From: an uncultured Holophagales bacterium
GTDB taxonomy: Bacteria > Acidobacteriota > Thermoanaerobaculia > Multivoradales > UBA5704
Length of the DNA stretch: 64,000 bases
Direction: 5' to 3'
Assembly (NCBI GenBank): GCA_963842525.1
Contig: CAWJGT010000025.1
Span: 1 to 64,000 of the forward strand
The notes beneath the pieces were generated by a model. The model saw only the letters and a program-made list of their open reading frames with translations, ran no database searches and was not told where the DNA came from. Shown here one piece after another: positions 8,365 to 17,852 of this stretch (position 1 is its first letter; every line of letters begins with the position of its first letter). The position numbers were made by a program, and so were the translations under genes.

Positions 8365-8661
8365 TCAGAACAGGCCGGGCAGGCTCGACGCCATCGCGCC
8401 CATCTTGCCCTGCATGGTCTCTTCGACCTTGCGGCCCGCCTGGTTGACCGCGGCGACGATGAGGTCCTCGAGCATGGAGAGGTCGGATGGATCGATGGCT
8501 TCAGGGTCGATCTTGACGGAGACGAGCTGCTTGTGGCCGCTCATCTGGACGGTGACCATACCGCCGCCGACGCTGGTCTCCACGACGAGCTGGTTCAGCT
8601 CGCGCTGGAGCCGCTCCTGCATCTCCTGGGCCTGTTTCATGAGTTGACGCATGCTGCTCAT
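8365..8661 (-). CDS. ybaB: YbaB/EbfC nucleoid-associated protein
   Basis: MKQAQEMQ...GGGMV...LEDLIVAAVN; between dnaX and recR. Confidence 0.95.
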   Translation of the reverse strand: MSSMRQLMKQAQEMQERLQRELNQLVVETSVGGGMVTVQMSGHKQLVSVKIDPEAIDPSDLSMLEDLIVAAVNQAGRKVEETMQGKMGAMASSLPGLF

Positions 8662-10397
8662 CGGGTTGACTCCTCCCTGGAACGTCCGTGCTCTTCGACG
8701 GTCTCGACGCGCCCACCGAAGATATCAAGGAGCGCCTGGACCTGGGGCAGCTCGCTCACCTTGGCGAGCTCCACGGCGGGCTCGGCCGATCCTGCCCCCG
8801 CGGCCCCCGTGGCCCCCATGGCAGATACCGCCTTGCGGGTGCCGCCGCCGCGGACCAGCCGCCACGCCGTGCCCGCTCCCCAGACCGCGGCCAGCGCCTC
8901 CTCGACGGTCTGCTTGCTCGCCGCCTGCTGCAGGCGCATCTCCAGCAGGCCGTCGTCCGGCGGCGAGGCGATGTGCAGCGCGCCATCGGCGAAGACCAGG
9001 TCCGCCTCCGCTAGGAGGGCCGCCAGGGGCTGCCGGCGCTTGCTGATCTCTTCCAGGAACGCCTGGACCTGGTCCTGCTCGCTCAGCCCCTGCCCGCGCG
9101 GCCGGGCCTCGGCGACCGGCGGCGGGTCCGGTGTCCTCGCAGCCGGGGCCGGTGGCGAAGCCGGCGGTGGAACGGTATTTGCGGGCGCGGGTGCGGGTGC
9201 GGCGGAGCGGGCCGGCGGCTGGGCAGCGGGCGCCGGCCGCGCCTGGCGTGCGGGCTCCTGCGGCGGCGGATTCACGCCGGCGCCGGCCAGCAGGTCCTCG
9301 ACCCGGGTCAGCTTGGGCAGCTCGGCGGCGCGCAGCCAGGCGATCTCCACGGCCAGGGCCCCGGTCTCGCTGCGGCGGACGACCGGCTCGCTGGTGAGGA
9401 GCTGATGGAGCAGCCGCAACAGGTTCTCGTAGCCGGCCGCGCGCGCGGTGGCCGCGAGCGCCTGCGCCTCCTCGCCGGGAAGGTCGATCTGGTCGGGGTC
9501 GCCCCCCATGCCGAGGTGGAGCGCGTCGCGGCAGAAGGCGAGGAACTGCCCATACACGTGGCGCGGGTCCCACCCCTCGTCCTCGATCCGGCGCACGAAG
9601 CCGCAGACGGCCGGGCCGTCCCCCTGCAGGACCGCTTCGAGCAGCCCCTGGAAGAGGGCGGTGTCGAGCCCGCCGAGCAGGCGGATGGCGTCCTCGTCGG
9701 CGATCGTGCCGGAGCCGAAGGTGGCGAGCTGGTCGAGCAGGGCGACCGAGTCGCGTACGCTCCCTTCGCCGGCGCGGGCGATCAGCCGCAGGGCCGTGTC
9801 GCTCGCCGTGATCGCCTCGGCCGCGCAGATGGCGCGCAGGTGGGCGGCGAGGATCTGCGACGGCACGCGGCGGAAGTGGAACTCCTGGCAGCGCGACAGG
9901 ATCGTCGCCGGTACGGCGTCGATCTCGGTGGTGGCGAAGATGAAGACCAGGTGCGGCGGCGGCTCCTCGACGATCTTCAGGAGCGCGTCGAAAGCCTGGC
10001 GCGACAGGCGGTGGACCTCGTCGAGGACGACCACCTTGTAGCGGTCGCGCGCCGGGCCGTACTTCAGGCTCTCGGTCAGCTCGCGGACCTGCTCGACCTT
10101 GGAATAGGTGGCGGCGTCGACCTCGATGACGTCGAGGTCCGAGCCGCGGGTGATCTCGACGCAGGCGGTGCACTCGTTGCAGGGATCGGCGGCCGGCCCG
10201 CGCTCGCAGTTGAGCGTCTTGGCAAGGACGCGGGCGGCGGTCGTCTTGCCCACGCCGCGGATGCCGGAGAAGAGATAGGCCTGGGCGATGCGGCCTTCCC
10301 GCAGGGCATTGCGCAGGGCCGTGACGATCGGCTCCTGGCCGACGAGGCTGGAGAAGCTCTGCGGGCGCCACTTGCGGGCGAGAACCTGGTAGGTCAT
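8658..10397 (-). CDS. dnaX: DNA polymerase III subunit gamma/tau
   Basis: YQVLARKWRPQ, GIRGVGKTT, DEVH, TILSRC. Confidence 0.97.
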   Translation of the reverse strand: MTYQVLARKWRPQSFSSLVGQEPIVTALRNALREGRIAQAYLFSGIRGVGKTTAARVLAKTLNCERGPAADPCNECTACVEITRGSDLDVIEVDAATYSKVEQVRELTESLKYGPARDRYKVVVLDEVHRLSRQAFDALLKIVEEPPPHLVFIFATTEIDAVPATILSRCQEFHFRRVPSQILAAHLRAICAAEAITASDTALRLIARAGEGSVRDSVALLDQLATFGSGTIADEDAIRLLGGLDTALFQGLLEAVLQGDGPAVCGFVRRIEDEGWDPRHVYGQFLAFCRDALHLGMGGDPDQIDLPGEEAQALAATARAAGYENLLRLLHQLLTSEPVVRRSETGALAVEIAWLRAAELPKLTRVEDLLAGAGVNPPPQEPARQARPAPAAQPPARSAAPAPAPANTVPPPASPPAPAARTPDPPPVAEARPRGQGLSEQDQVQAFLEEISKRRQPLAALLAEADLVFADGALHIASPPDDGLLEMRLQQAASKQTVEEALAAVWGAGTAWRLVRGGGTRKAVSAMGATGAAGAGSAEPAVELAKVSELPQVQALLDIFGGRVETVEEHGRSREESTR

Positions 10398-10405
10398 GGG
10401 TGGAA

Positions 10406-10537
10406 GACAGTGGCCTACGAAGGGTTCCGGTGTGACTGCGGCACTCGACCGGATACCTTATCGCTGCTCCCTTCCGGGCCTGACGAGGTTCGGTAACGGC
10501 CGATGCACAGGACCCGAACCCTTCGTGCGCCACTGTC
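10406..10537 (-). ncRNA. ffs: Signal recognition particle RNA (small bacterial type)
   Basis: Minus strand TCAGGCCCGGAAGGGAGCAGC helix-8 motif; terminal stem GACAGTGGC/GCCACTGTC; upstream of dnaX. Confidence 0.92.
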
Positions 10538-10544
10538 GAGCCCC

Positions 10545-10573
10545 ATGCTAGCCGCAGGGGGCGGGGATGTAAA
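10545..10573 (-). promoter_or_regulatory. Sigma-70 promoter of ffs-dnaX
   Basis: TTTACA-17 nt-TAGCAT ending 7 nt before the RNA 5' end. Confidence 0.7.
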
Positions 10574-10708
10574 GGAGAGGAGCGCGAGGGATTATTCCGC
10601 CGGGAAGATCCGGCCCGCCGTTCCGGTTCTGATCGCCGGATTTGCCGAGGCCCGGGCTTCGGAGTAAGATAGCGCGCCTGTCCGAAAGGGCGCCGGGCGA
10701 GGAGAGGC

Positions 10709-11190
10709 TTGGAACGGCCGGACGACCGGTTCTGGATGCAGGAAGCCCTCGCCGAAGCGCGGCGCGCGGCCGAGATCGGCGAGGTGCCGATCGGCGCCGT
10801 GATCGTGCGGCCGGGCGAGACTTCGGAGACCCCGGAGATCATTGGGCGCGGGCACAACCGGCGCGAGATCGACCGCGACCCGCTGGCCCACGCCGAGATC
10901 CTGGCGATCCGGCAGGCCGCGGAGCGGGTGGGCGGATGGCGGCTCACGGGGTGCACGATGTATGTCACCCTCGAGCCGTGCGCGATGTGCGCGGGGGCCC
11001 TGGTCAACAGCCGCGTCGAGCGGCTGGTCTTCGGGGCGCCTGATCCCAAGGCGGGTTAGTGCGGGACATTGGGTAACCTGGTCCAGGACCCGCGGCTCAA
11101 CCACCGGCTGGAGGTGACGGCCGGCGTGCTGGAGAGGAAGAGAGCGCAGCGTTGCTGCGTGGCTTCTTCACTTCGTTGCGGCGCCGTTGA
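10709..11190 (+). CDS. tadA: tRNA adenosine(34) deaminase (in-frame TAG at 11057 and a frameshift near 11133)
   Basis: [38 protein letters not shown]; tail in another frame [11 protein letters not shown]. Confidence 0.9.
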
Positions 11191-11217
11191 GTTGTTTTGC
11201 GCTCTTTGCAATTCCTA

Positions 11218-11307
11218 GGAGAGATGTCCGAGTGGCTTAAGGAGCACGCTTGGAAAGCGTGTGTAGGGGAAACTCTACCGTGGGTTCGAATCCCACTCTC
11301 TCCGCCA
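11218..11307 (+). tRNA. tRNA-Ser (GGA)
   Basis: Cloverleaf with long variable arm, anticodon loop TTGGAAA, 3' GCCA. Confidence 0.97.
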
Positions 11308-11318
11308 ACGAACAATCC

Positions 11319-11408
11319 GGAGAGGTGCCAGAGCGGTTGAATGGGGCGGTCTCGAAAACCGTTGACCGGGCGACCGGTCCGTGGGTTCGAATCCCACCCT
11401 CTCCGCCA
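11319..11408 (+). tRNA. tRNA-Ser (CGA)
   Basis: Cloverleaf with long variable arm, anticodon loop CTCGAAA, 3' GCCA. Confidence 0.97.
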
Positions 11409-11546
11409 AATTTTGTGACCCTGGTTTGACGGCAGACCCGAGGATCATCTATCTTATGGGTTTCGTTCGACGTGTCGGGCGGGCCGGTCCAGGAGTGGAC
11501 GGCCCCGCGGTTCCATAGACTCTAGTGCTTGAGAAGGCGGGTCATC

Positions 11547-11681
11547 GTGAAACGGACCTTTCAACCGAACAACCGTCGCCGCAAGCGGACTCACGGCTTC
11601 CTGGTGCGGATGCGCACCCGTAACGGCCGGGCCGTCATCTCGCGGCGTCGCGCGAAGGGACGCAAGCGCCTGAGCGTCTGA
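11547..11681 (+). CDS. rpmH: 50S ribosomal protein L34
   Basis: Manual translation [44 protein letters not shown] (44 aa; absent from ORF track). Confidence 0.97.
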   Translation: MKRTFQPNNRRRKRTHGFLVRMRTRNGRAVISRRRAKGRKRLSV

Positions 11682-12262
11682 TGCCGGGCCCTCCGCGCGG
11701 GACGTGCGAGCGCCTGCCACCGGAGGAGCGGCTGCGGCAGCGGGCGGACTATCTCAGGGGTTATCGGACGGGCCGCCGGCGCCATGGAGCGCTGGCGATT
11801 CTCTACTTCGTTCCGAACCAGGTCGGGCATCCACGCCTCGGGATCACCGCCAGCCGCAAGGTCGGCAAAGCGGTGGTCCGCCAGCGGCTCAAGCGGAGGA
11901 TCCGAGAGATCTACCGGCGATGGAACGACCGTGGGAGTCTCCCAGCCCTGGACCTGATCGTCCATGTGAAGCCAGAGGCCGGCGCGTCGGATTTCCCGGC
12001 GATCCGGGAGGATCTTCTGCGGCTCCTCGGGGGCGTGCTCCGCGAGGCCGGCGCAACGGCCCGTGGCCTGATCTGGCTGCTCGTCCTGTACAAGAGAAAG
12101 GTCTCGCCGCTCCTGCCTCCCTCCTGCCGCTTCACCCCCACCTGTTCGGAGTATGCCCGGCTCGCCCTGTTGAAGCACGGACTCGCGCGTGGCCTCGTCC
12201 GGACCGCCGGCCGGCTGCTCCGTTGCCAACCCCTCCATCCGGGAGGGGTCGACCTGCCATAG
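11681..12262 (+). CDS. rnpA: RNase P protein fused in frame to a YidD domain
   Basis: RLGITASRKVGKAVVRQRLKRRIRE, then SPLLPPSCRFTPTCSEY...RLLRCQPLHPGGVDLP. Confidence 0.9.
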   Translation: MPGPPRGTCERLPPEERLRQRADYLRGYRTGRRRHGALAILYFVPNQVGHPRLGITASRKVGKAVVRQRLKRRIREIYRRWNDRGSLPALDLIVHVKPEAGASDFPAIREDLLRLLGGVLREAGATARGLIWLLVLYKRKVSPLLPPSCRFTPTCSEYARLALLKHGLARGLVRTAGRLLRCQPLHPGGVDLP

Positions 12263-12299
12263 AGGCCCGTGTGCCGGAACGCCAACCAGAGAGGAATTC

Positions 12300-13985
12300 G
12301 TGGACAATCGCCGGTTGATCTTTGCCGCCCTCCTGTCGATGGCCTTTGTCATCGCCTGGACCATCCTTGTTCCGCCGAAACCAGCCAAGAAGCCGCCGGC
12401 GCCTGTGCCGCGCCAGGAGGCCGCCGCCCCGGCGCCGGCCGAGCGACCTCCCGCGACCTCTCCGGCTGCTCCGGCTGCTCCGGCGGGAAGCCTCACGAGC
12501 GTCCCGAAGCAGCCGCCGGTCAGCGCCGGGAGCGAGGAGCGGGTGGTCCTCGCGGCGGGCGATGTGCGGGCGACCTTCACCAACCGCGGCGCCCATCTCG
12601 TCTCGATGACGGTGGCCGAGCCAGGGCGCACGCAGCGGCTGGAGCTGGTGCAGCGGCGTGCCGAAGACCCCTGGCCCTATGGCCTCACCGGCAAGGACCG
12701 CGGGCCGCACCCGCTCGGCCAGGCGCTCTTCCAGGCGGAGCGCGGCGCGGACGGCCGTTCGGTCGTCTTCCGCTACCGCGGCCCCGAGGGGGAGGCCGAA
12801 AAGCGGTTCGGCTTCGATCCGCAAAGCCTTCTCGAGACGCAGATCGCCCTGCCGGGCCAGGAAGGCTGGGGCGTCGTCCTCGGTCCGGGCATCCGCAATC
12901 TGACGCGCGAGGAGTACGAGAGCAGCTACGCGCGCCGCGGCGTGGCCTACAGGGCGGGCGGCGACATGACCGTCCTCGACCCCAAGAGCGAGGACGAGCC
13001 GCAGTCGCTGCCGGGCCAGGGGCTGGACTGGATCGGCGTGGAGGACAACTATTTCCTTGCCGCCACCATCCCTCGGAAGGGGCTCGGCCGCGCGGTCATC
13101 GAGCCATTCCTGGTGGAGGGGGCGGGCAGCGACAGGGCCCGCTTCGTTCCGCTGCCGTCCAAGGACGAGCTCTCCGATGCTCAGAAGAAGATGCCGCGCG
13201 AGCTGCGGGTGGTCCTCCTCCCCGAGGGGGACCGGCTCGACCTGCTCTCTTACTGGGGTCCGAAGCAATACAAGAGGCTTGCGGCGCTGCCCTACGGCCT
13301 GGAGGAGAGCGTCCAGCTCGGGATGTTCGGGTTCCTGGCGCGCCCGCTGCTCGCCGGCCTCCTCTGGATCCACGACCACGTGACCCCCAACTATGGCTGG
13401 GCCATCGTGCTGATGACCATCGTGATCCGCCTGCTGCTCCTGCCGCTGACCCATACCAGCATGCGGTCCATGAAGAAAATGCAGGAGCTCAACCCGAAGA
13501 TGCAGGCGATCCGGGAGCGCTACCGGAGCAAGCTCAAGGACAAGCAGGGCCGGCCGAACGTCGAGATGCAGCGCAAGATGAACGAGGAGGTCATGGGCCT
13601 GTACAAGGAGCACGGGGTCAACCCGGCGGGCGGGTGCCTGCCGCTCCTGCTGCAGATCCCGATCATGTTCGCCTTCTACCAGATGCTGATCTCGGCGGTC
13701 GAGCTGCGCGGCGCGCCATGGGCGCTGTGGATCCACGACCTCTCGGCGGCGGACCCCTACTACATCCTGCCGCTCGTGATGGGCGCCACCCAGTTCCTCC
13801 AGGTGAAGCTCTCGCCGCAGACGGGCGATCCGATGCAGCGGCGGATGTTCCTGTTCATGCCGCTGGTGATGACCATCTTCTTCCTCGGGGTCCCGAGCGG
13901 GCTGGTCCTGTACTGGCTGACGAGCAACATCTTGACCATCATCCAACAGTGGGTTTACAACCGTGTCCAGACGCGGAACGCGTGA
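12300..13985 (+). CDS. yidC: Membrane protein insertase YidC
   Basis: NYGWAIVLMT, NPAGGCLPLLLQIP, DLSAADPYYILP, PSGLVLYW; GTG start. Confidence 0.97.
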   Translation: MDNRRLIFAALLSMAFVIAWTILVPPKPAKKPPAPVPRQEAAAPAPAERPPATSPAAPAAPAGSLTSVPKQPPVSAGSEERVVLAAGDVRATFTNRGAHLVSMTVAEPGRTQRLELVQRRAEDPWPYGLTGKDRGPHPLGQALFQAERGADGRSVVFRYRGPEGEAEKRFGFDPQSLLETQIALPGQEGWGVVLGPGIRNLTREEYESSYARRGVAYRAGGDMTVLDPKSEDEPQSLPGQGLDWIGVEDNYFLAATIPRKGLGRAVIEPFLVEGAGSDRARFVPLPSKDELSDAQKKMPRELRVVLLPEGDRLDLLSYWGPKQYKRLAALPYGLEESVQLGMFGFLARPLLAGLLWIHDHVTPNYGWAIVLMTIVIRLLLLPLTHTSMRSMKKMQELNPKMQAIRERYRSKLKDKQGRPNVEMQRKMNEEVMGLYKEHGVNPAGGCLPLLLQIPIMFAFYQMLISAVELRGAPWALWIHDLSAADPYYILPLVMGATQFLQVKLSPQTGDPMQRRMFLFMPLVMTIFFLGVPSGLVLYWLTSNILTIIQQWVYNRVQTRNA

Positions 13986-13998
13986 TCCGAGCCACCCT

Positions 13999-15066
13999 AT
14001 GAGCGAACCGAACGAACCGATCGAGCCCAACCAACCGAACGAGCCCAAGAGACGATTCTTCTCGGGCGACAGCCTGCAGCAGGCCCTGGTGCAGGCGGCC
14101 AACCACTACAAACTCGACCCGTCCGAGATCGCCTACCGCAGCATCGAGAAGAAGCACGGCTTCATCAAGGTGCGGCGCAAGGTGGTGATCGAGGTGGACC
14201 CCGACGCGCCGCGGCGGGACCGGTCGTTCGTGCCGCCCGCGGCTCCCGCGGCTCCGGTGCCCTCGGCCGAGGCGGTCGCCGCGCGGCCGACGGCGCGACT
14301 GGAAGCGCCGCCGCCAGGCGCTCCCGCCGAGCAGCGCCCTCGCCTCCAGCTAGGAGAGCGGCCCGCGCGGGGAGAGAGCTCCCGCGGCGAGCGCGGCCCC
14401 CGCCGGGATGGTCGCCGGAGTGATCGCCGGGGTGATCACCGGGACGAGCGGCCGCGGATGGCGCCGCTGCGCCCCCGGCGCGAGCAACCCGATGCGGCGG
14501 CGCGGCCGGCGCACTGGTCGGACGCACCTCCCCCGCGGCCCGCCGCCTTCGGAGACCTGGTCACACTCCCGGACTCCCCGCGGCGGATCGCGGAGCGCTT
14601 TCCTCCGGCAGAGGGTCCACAGGCGGACGCGGCAATGAAAGGTGCGGAGCTCCTGCTGCGCGTAGCCGGCCTCGACCTCGCGCCGCGCGTCCTCCAGGGG
14701 GAGGAGCGGCTGGAGGTCGACCTGAGCGGCTCGGACGTCGACTGGTGCTTCGCCGACGACGGCGAGCTGGTGCTGGCGATCGAGCACCTGCTGCCGCGCC
14801 TCATCCGCAGCCTGAGCGGGGAGGCGGCCCTCGTGCGGGTCGACTGCGACAACTTCCAGGAGATCCGCGAGGAGAGGCTGCGCAGCCTGGCGCAGCAGGT
14901 GGCGGACGAGGTGCGCCGCCGCGGCAAGCCGCGTATCCTGGAACCGATGAACCCGGCCGACCGCCGGATCATCCACATGACCCTCGCCGACGACCCCGCC
15001 GTCTTCACCGAGAGCGAGGGCGACGGCTACTTCAAGCGCATCGCCGTCAAGCCGGCCGCGGTCTGA
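13999..15066 (+). CDS. jag: Jag/EloR (KhpB) RNA-binding protein with Jag_N and R3H domains
   Basis: Jag_N-like N-terminus and PMNPADRRIIH R3H motif; follows yidC. Confidence 0.85.
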   Translation: MSEPNEPIEPNQPNEPKRRFFSGDSLQQALVQAANHYKLDPSEIAYRSIEKKHGFIKVRRKVVIEVDPDAPRRDRSFVPPAAPAAPVPSAEAVAARPTARLEAPPPGAPAEQRPRLQLGERPARGESSRGERGPRRDGRRSDRRGDHRDERPRMAPLRPRREQPDAAARPAHWSDAPPPRPAAFGDLVTLPDSPRRIAERFPPAEGPQADAAMKGAELLLRVAGLDLAPRVLQGEERLEVDLSGSDVDWCFADDGELVLAIEHLLPRLIRSLSGEAALVRVDCDNFQEIREERLRSLAQQVADEVRRRGKPRILEPMNPADRRIIHMTLADDPAVFTESEGDGYFKRIAVKPAAV

Positions 15067-15080
15067 GAGCCCGCCGGGCA

Positions 15081-15096
15081 CGTTCCACGTGGAACG
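15081..15096. promoter_or_regulatory. parS site 1
   Basis: CGTTCCACGTGGAACG within a 30-bp perfect palindrome 15074-15103. Confidence 0.9.
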
Positions 15097-15117
15097 TGCC
15101 CGGTTCCCAGAACCTCT

Positions 15118-15133
15118 TCTTTCACGTGGAACA
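15118..15133. promoter_or_regulatory. parS site 2
   Basis: TCTTTCACGTGGAACA, one mismatch to consensus; overlaps the first base of the rsmG ATG. Confidence 0.8.
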
Positions 15134-15774
15134 TGCCCTTCGCCTTGCCATCGATCTCCCGCGACAGGTTCGGCGGGGAGATCGCAGCGTGCTCACCAGA
15201 GCCTTTGGACGGGCGGGCGATCGACTCCCTCTACGCGCACTACCAGGAGCTGTCGGCCTGGAATCAGAAGCTGTCGCTCATCGGCCCGGGCACGGCGGGC
15301 GAGATCGTGGAGCGCCACTACGGCGAGGCGCTCGCCGCGCTGCCGCTCATCCCTTCCGAGGCACGCCACGGGCTCGATATCGGATCGGGCGCGGGCTTCC
15401 CGGGCCTCGTTCTCGCCGCCGCCCGGCCTGGGCTCGAGATGACGCTCGTCGAGGCCCGCGAGCGCAAGTGGGCGTTCCTTCTCGCCGCCGCCCGCAAGGC
15501 CGCGTTGCCCTGCCGGGTCCTCAATGCTAGAGTGTCCGCTCCGCTCCCAGCCGGTCTGCCGGCGAGCCTCGACATCGTCACCGCCAGGGCTCTGAAGCTC
15601 GATCCGGCGACGCTGTCGGCGCTCGCAGAGCGCCTGGGACCGGATGGCCGGATCCTGCTCTGGTTGGGCGAAGAAGACGCCGACCTGCCGCCGGAACTGG
15701 CGCCAGCCGGGAGCCTTCAGCTCCCGGGGAGCGAACGGCGGCGCATAGTGCAGATCCAGCGCTCCCAGAGATGA
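15133..15774 (+). CDS. rsmG: 16S rRNA m7G527 methyltransferase
   Basis: WNQKLSL, LDIGSGAGFPG, VTARAL; upstream of parA. Confidence 0.92.
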   Translation: MPFALPSISRDRFGGEIAACSPEPLDGRAIDSLYAHYQELSAWNQKLSLIGPGTAGEIVERHYGEALAALPLIPSEARHGLDIGSGAGFPGLVLAAARPGLEMTLVEARERKWAFLLAAARKAALPCRVLNARVSAPLPAGLPASLDIVTARALKLDPATLSALAERLGPDGRILLWLGEEDADLPPELAPAGSLQLPGSERRRIVQIQRSQR

Positions 15775-15787
15775 CACCGGAATTTTG

Positions 15788-16549
15788 ATGAGCACGATCC
15801 TCGCCATTGCGAACCAGAAGGGCGGGGTGGGCAAGACCACCACCGCGATCAACCTCGGAGCCGGCCTGGGGGCCCTGGAGCGCCGCGTCCTCCTCGTCGA
15901 CTGCGACCCCCAGGGCAATGCCACGCGCGGGCTCGGCGCCACTGCCGCGCCGCCCCACCTCTATCAGGCCCTCACCGGCGAGGCGCGGATGGAGGAGGCG
16001 ATCCGCCCCTCCGGCTTCCCCAACCTGGACCTCATCCCGTCCCAGCGCGACCTGGTCGGCGTCGAGGTCGAGTTCGTCGGCGAGAAGGGGTGGGAGGCGC
16101 GGCTCAAGAGCGCCCTGGGCCAGGTCGCCGGCCGCTACGACACTCATCCTCCTGGACTGCCCGCCCTCCCTGGGCCACCTCACGGTGAGCGCACTCACCG
16201 CGGCCGACGGCGTTCTCGTCCCTCTGCAGTGCGAATACTTCGCTCTCGAAGGGATCAGCGAGCTGGTGTCCACGGTCAGGCGGATCCAGGGCGGGCTCAA
16301 CACCGCGTCTCGACATCGCGGGCATCCTGCTGACCATGTTCGACGACCGCACGAACCTCTGCCGCGACGTGGCCGACGAGATCCGCTCGCCACTTCGGGG
16401 CCAAGGTCTTCGAGACCGTCGTGCCGCGCAACATCCGTCTCGCCGAGGCTCCGAGCCACGGCCTCCCCATCTTCCAGTACGACATCAAGTCGCGCGGCGC
16501 CGAGGCGTACCTGGCGCTGGCGCGCGAGCTCCTGCGGAGGGCGGCGTGA
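15788..16549 (+). CDS. parA: Chromosome partitioning ATPase ParA/Soj (frameshifted)
   Basis: [49 protein letters not shown] across three frames. Confidence 0.93.
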
Positions 16550-17424
16550 ACGTGAAGAAACGCGGGCTCGGCCGCGGCCTGGACGCCTTGATCCAGCCCG
16601 CCGCGGAGGAGGCGCCGGCCGCGCCGGCGCCGGTGCAGAGCCTGCCGGTGGCGAGCCTCAAGCCCAACCGGTTCCAGCCCCGAACCCGGTTCGACGAGGC
16701 CGAGATCCAGGATCTCGCCGACTCGATCCGGGCGCAGGGGGTCATCCAGCCTCTCGTCGTGGCGCCGGACGACGACGGGGAGGGCTCCTACACGATCATC
16801 GCCGGCGAGCGCCGCTGGCGCGCCGCCCGCCGCGCCGGCCTCGACGAGGTGCCGGTCTTCGTGCGCGCGGTCTCCGGCGACCGCGAGCTGCTCGAGCTGG
16901 CCCTGGTCGAGAACCTCCAGAGGAGCGACCTGAACCCCTTGGAGGAGGCCGAGGCGTATCTTGCGCTCCAGGAGAAGTTCGGTCTTTCGCAGGAGGAGAT
17001 CGCAACGCGGGTCGGCAAGGCGCGCACCACGGTGACCAATTCCCTCCGCCTCCTGCGCCTGCCGGAGGAGGTCCAGGACCTCCTGCGCGCCGGCCAGCTC
17101 TCGGCGGGGCAGGCCCGTCCTCTCCTGGGCCTGGCCGCTCCCGAGGCGCAGATCGGCCTCGCCGGCCGAGCCGTGCGCGAAGGGCTCTCCGCCCGCGACA
17201 TGGAGCGGCTGTCGGGAGAGCCGCGTGAAAAGAAGCAGAAGAAGCCCGCCCGGCCGGTCGAGATCCATACCGCCGCCGCGGAGGAGAAGCTCACCCGGCG
17301 CCTGCAGACCCGGGTCGAGATCCGGCGGCGGGGCAAGGGCGGCTTCGTGCAGATCCATTTCCATTCCGAAGAGGAGCTGATGCGCCTCTACGACAGCCTG
17401 ATGGAGCGGGGAGACATCCGATGA
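16546..17424 (+). CDS. parB: Chromosome partitioning protein ParB
   Basis: [36 protein letters not shown]. Confidence 0.95.
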   Translation: MNVKKRGLGRGLDALIQPAAEEAPAAPAPVQSLPVASLKPNRFQPRTRFDEAEIQDLADSIRAQGVIQPLVVAPDDDGEGSYTIIAGERRWRAARRAGLDEVPVFVRAVSGDRELLELALVENLQRSDLNPLEEAEAYLALQEKFGLSQEEIATRVGKARTTVTNSLRLLRLPEEVQDLLRAGQLSAGQARPLLGLAAPEAQIGLAGRAVREGLSARDMERLSGEPREKKQKKPARPVEIHTAAAEEKLTRRLQTRVEIRRRGKGGFVQIHFHSEEELMRLYDSLMERGDIR

Positions 17425-17837
17425 TGTTCAAGTCCGAAAGCAAGGCGAGCGACCTGAACGGCTTTCTCGACAGCGGCAGCCACATCCAGGGGGAGCTCCG
17501 GTTCCAGACCACCTTTCGGGTCGACGGGAAGTTCAGCGGCACGGTCGTCTCGGACGGCGAGCTGATCGTTGGGCAGGGCGGCGACGTCGAAGGTGATCTG
17601 CGCGTCGGCCAGGTCGTCGTCTCCGGTATCGTCCGCGGCACGATTCGCGCCGCCCGGCGCATCCATCTTTCCGCTACCGGAAAGCTGCTTGCCGACATCG
17701 ACACACCTTCGCTCGTCATCGAGGACGGCGGCTTCTTCGAGGGTCGCTGCACCATGGCCCGTGAGGCCCGCGACGCCGCCAAGGCCTCCGCGGCCCCCAA
17801 GCTGGTGGCCCAGCAGCGCCTCGCGCGGGAGGGATGA
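17421..17837 (+). CDS. Bactofilin (polymer-forming cytoskeletal protein)
   Basis: IQGELRF..FRVDGKFSG...IEDGGFFEGRC beta-helix pattern. Confidence 0.9.
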   Translation: MMFKSESKASDLNGFLDSGSHIQGELRFQTTFRVDGKFSGTVVSDGELIVGQGGDVEGDLRVGQVVVSGIVRGTIRAARRIHLSATGKLLADIDTPSLVIEDGGFFEGRCTMAREARDAAKASAAPKLVAQQRLAREG

Positions 17838-17852
17838 CCCCTCCAGTGAGGG

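Noticed and set aside
8658-10397. Programmed frameshift site in dnaX
   Set aside because: No A-rich slippery run seen in the gene
14400-14448. 12-bp tandem repeat (CGCCGG..TGAT-like)
   Set aside because: It encodes the low-complexity RRD/RGD linker of Jag, which is ordinary
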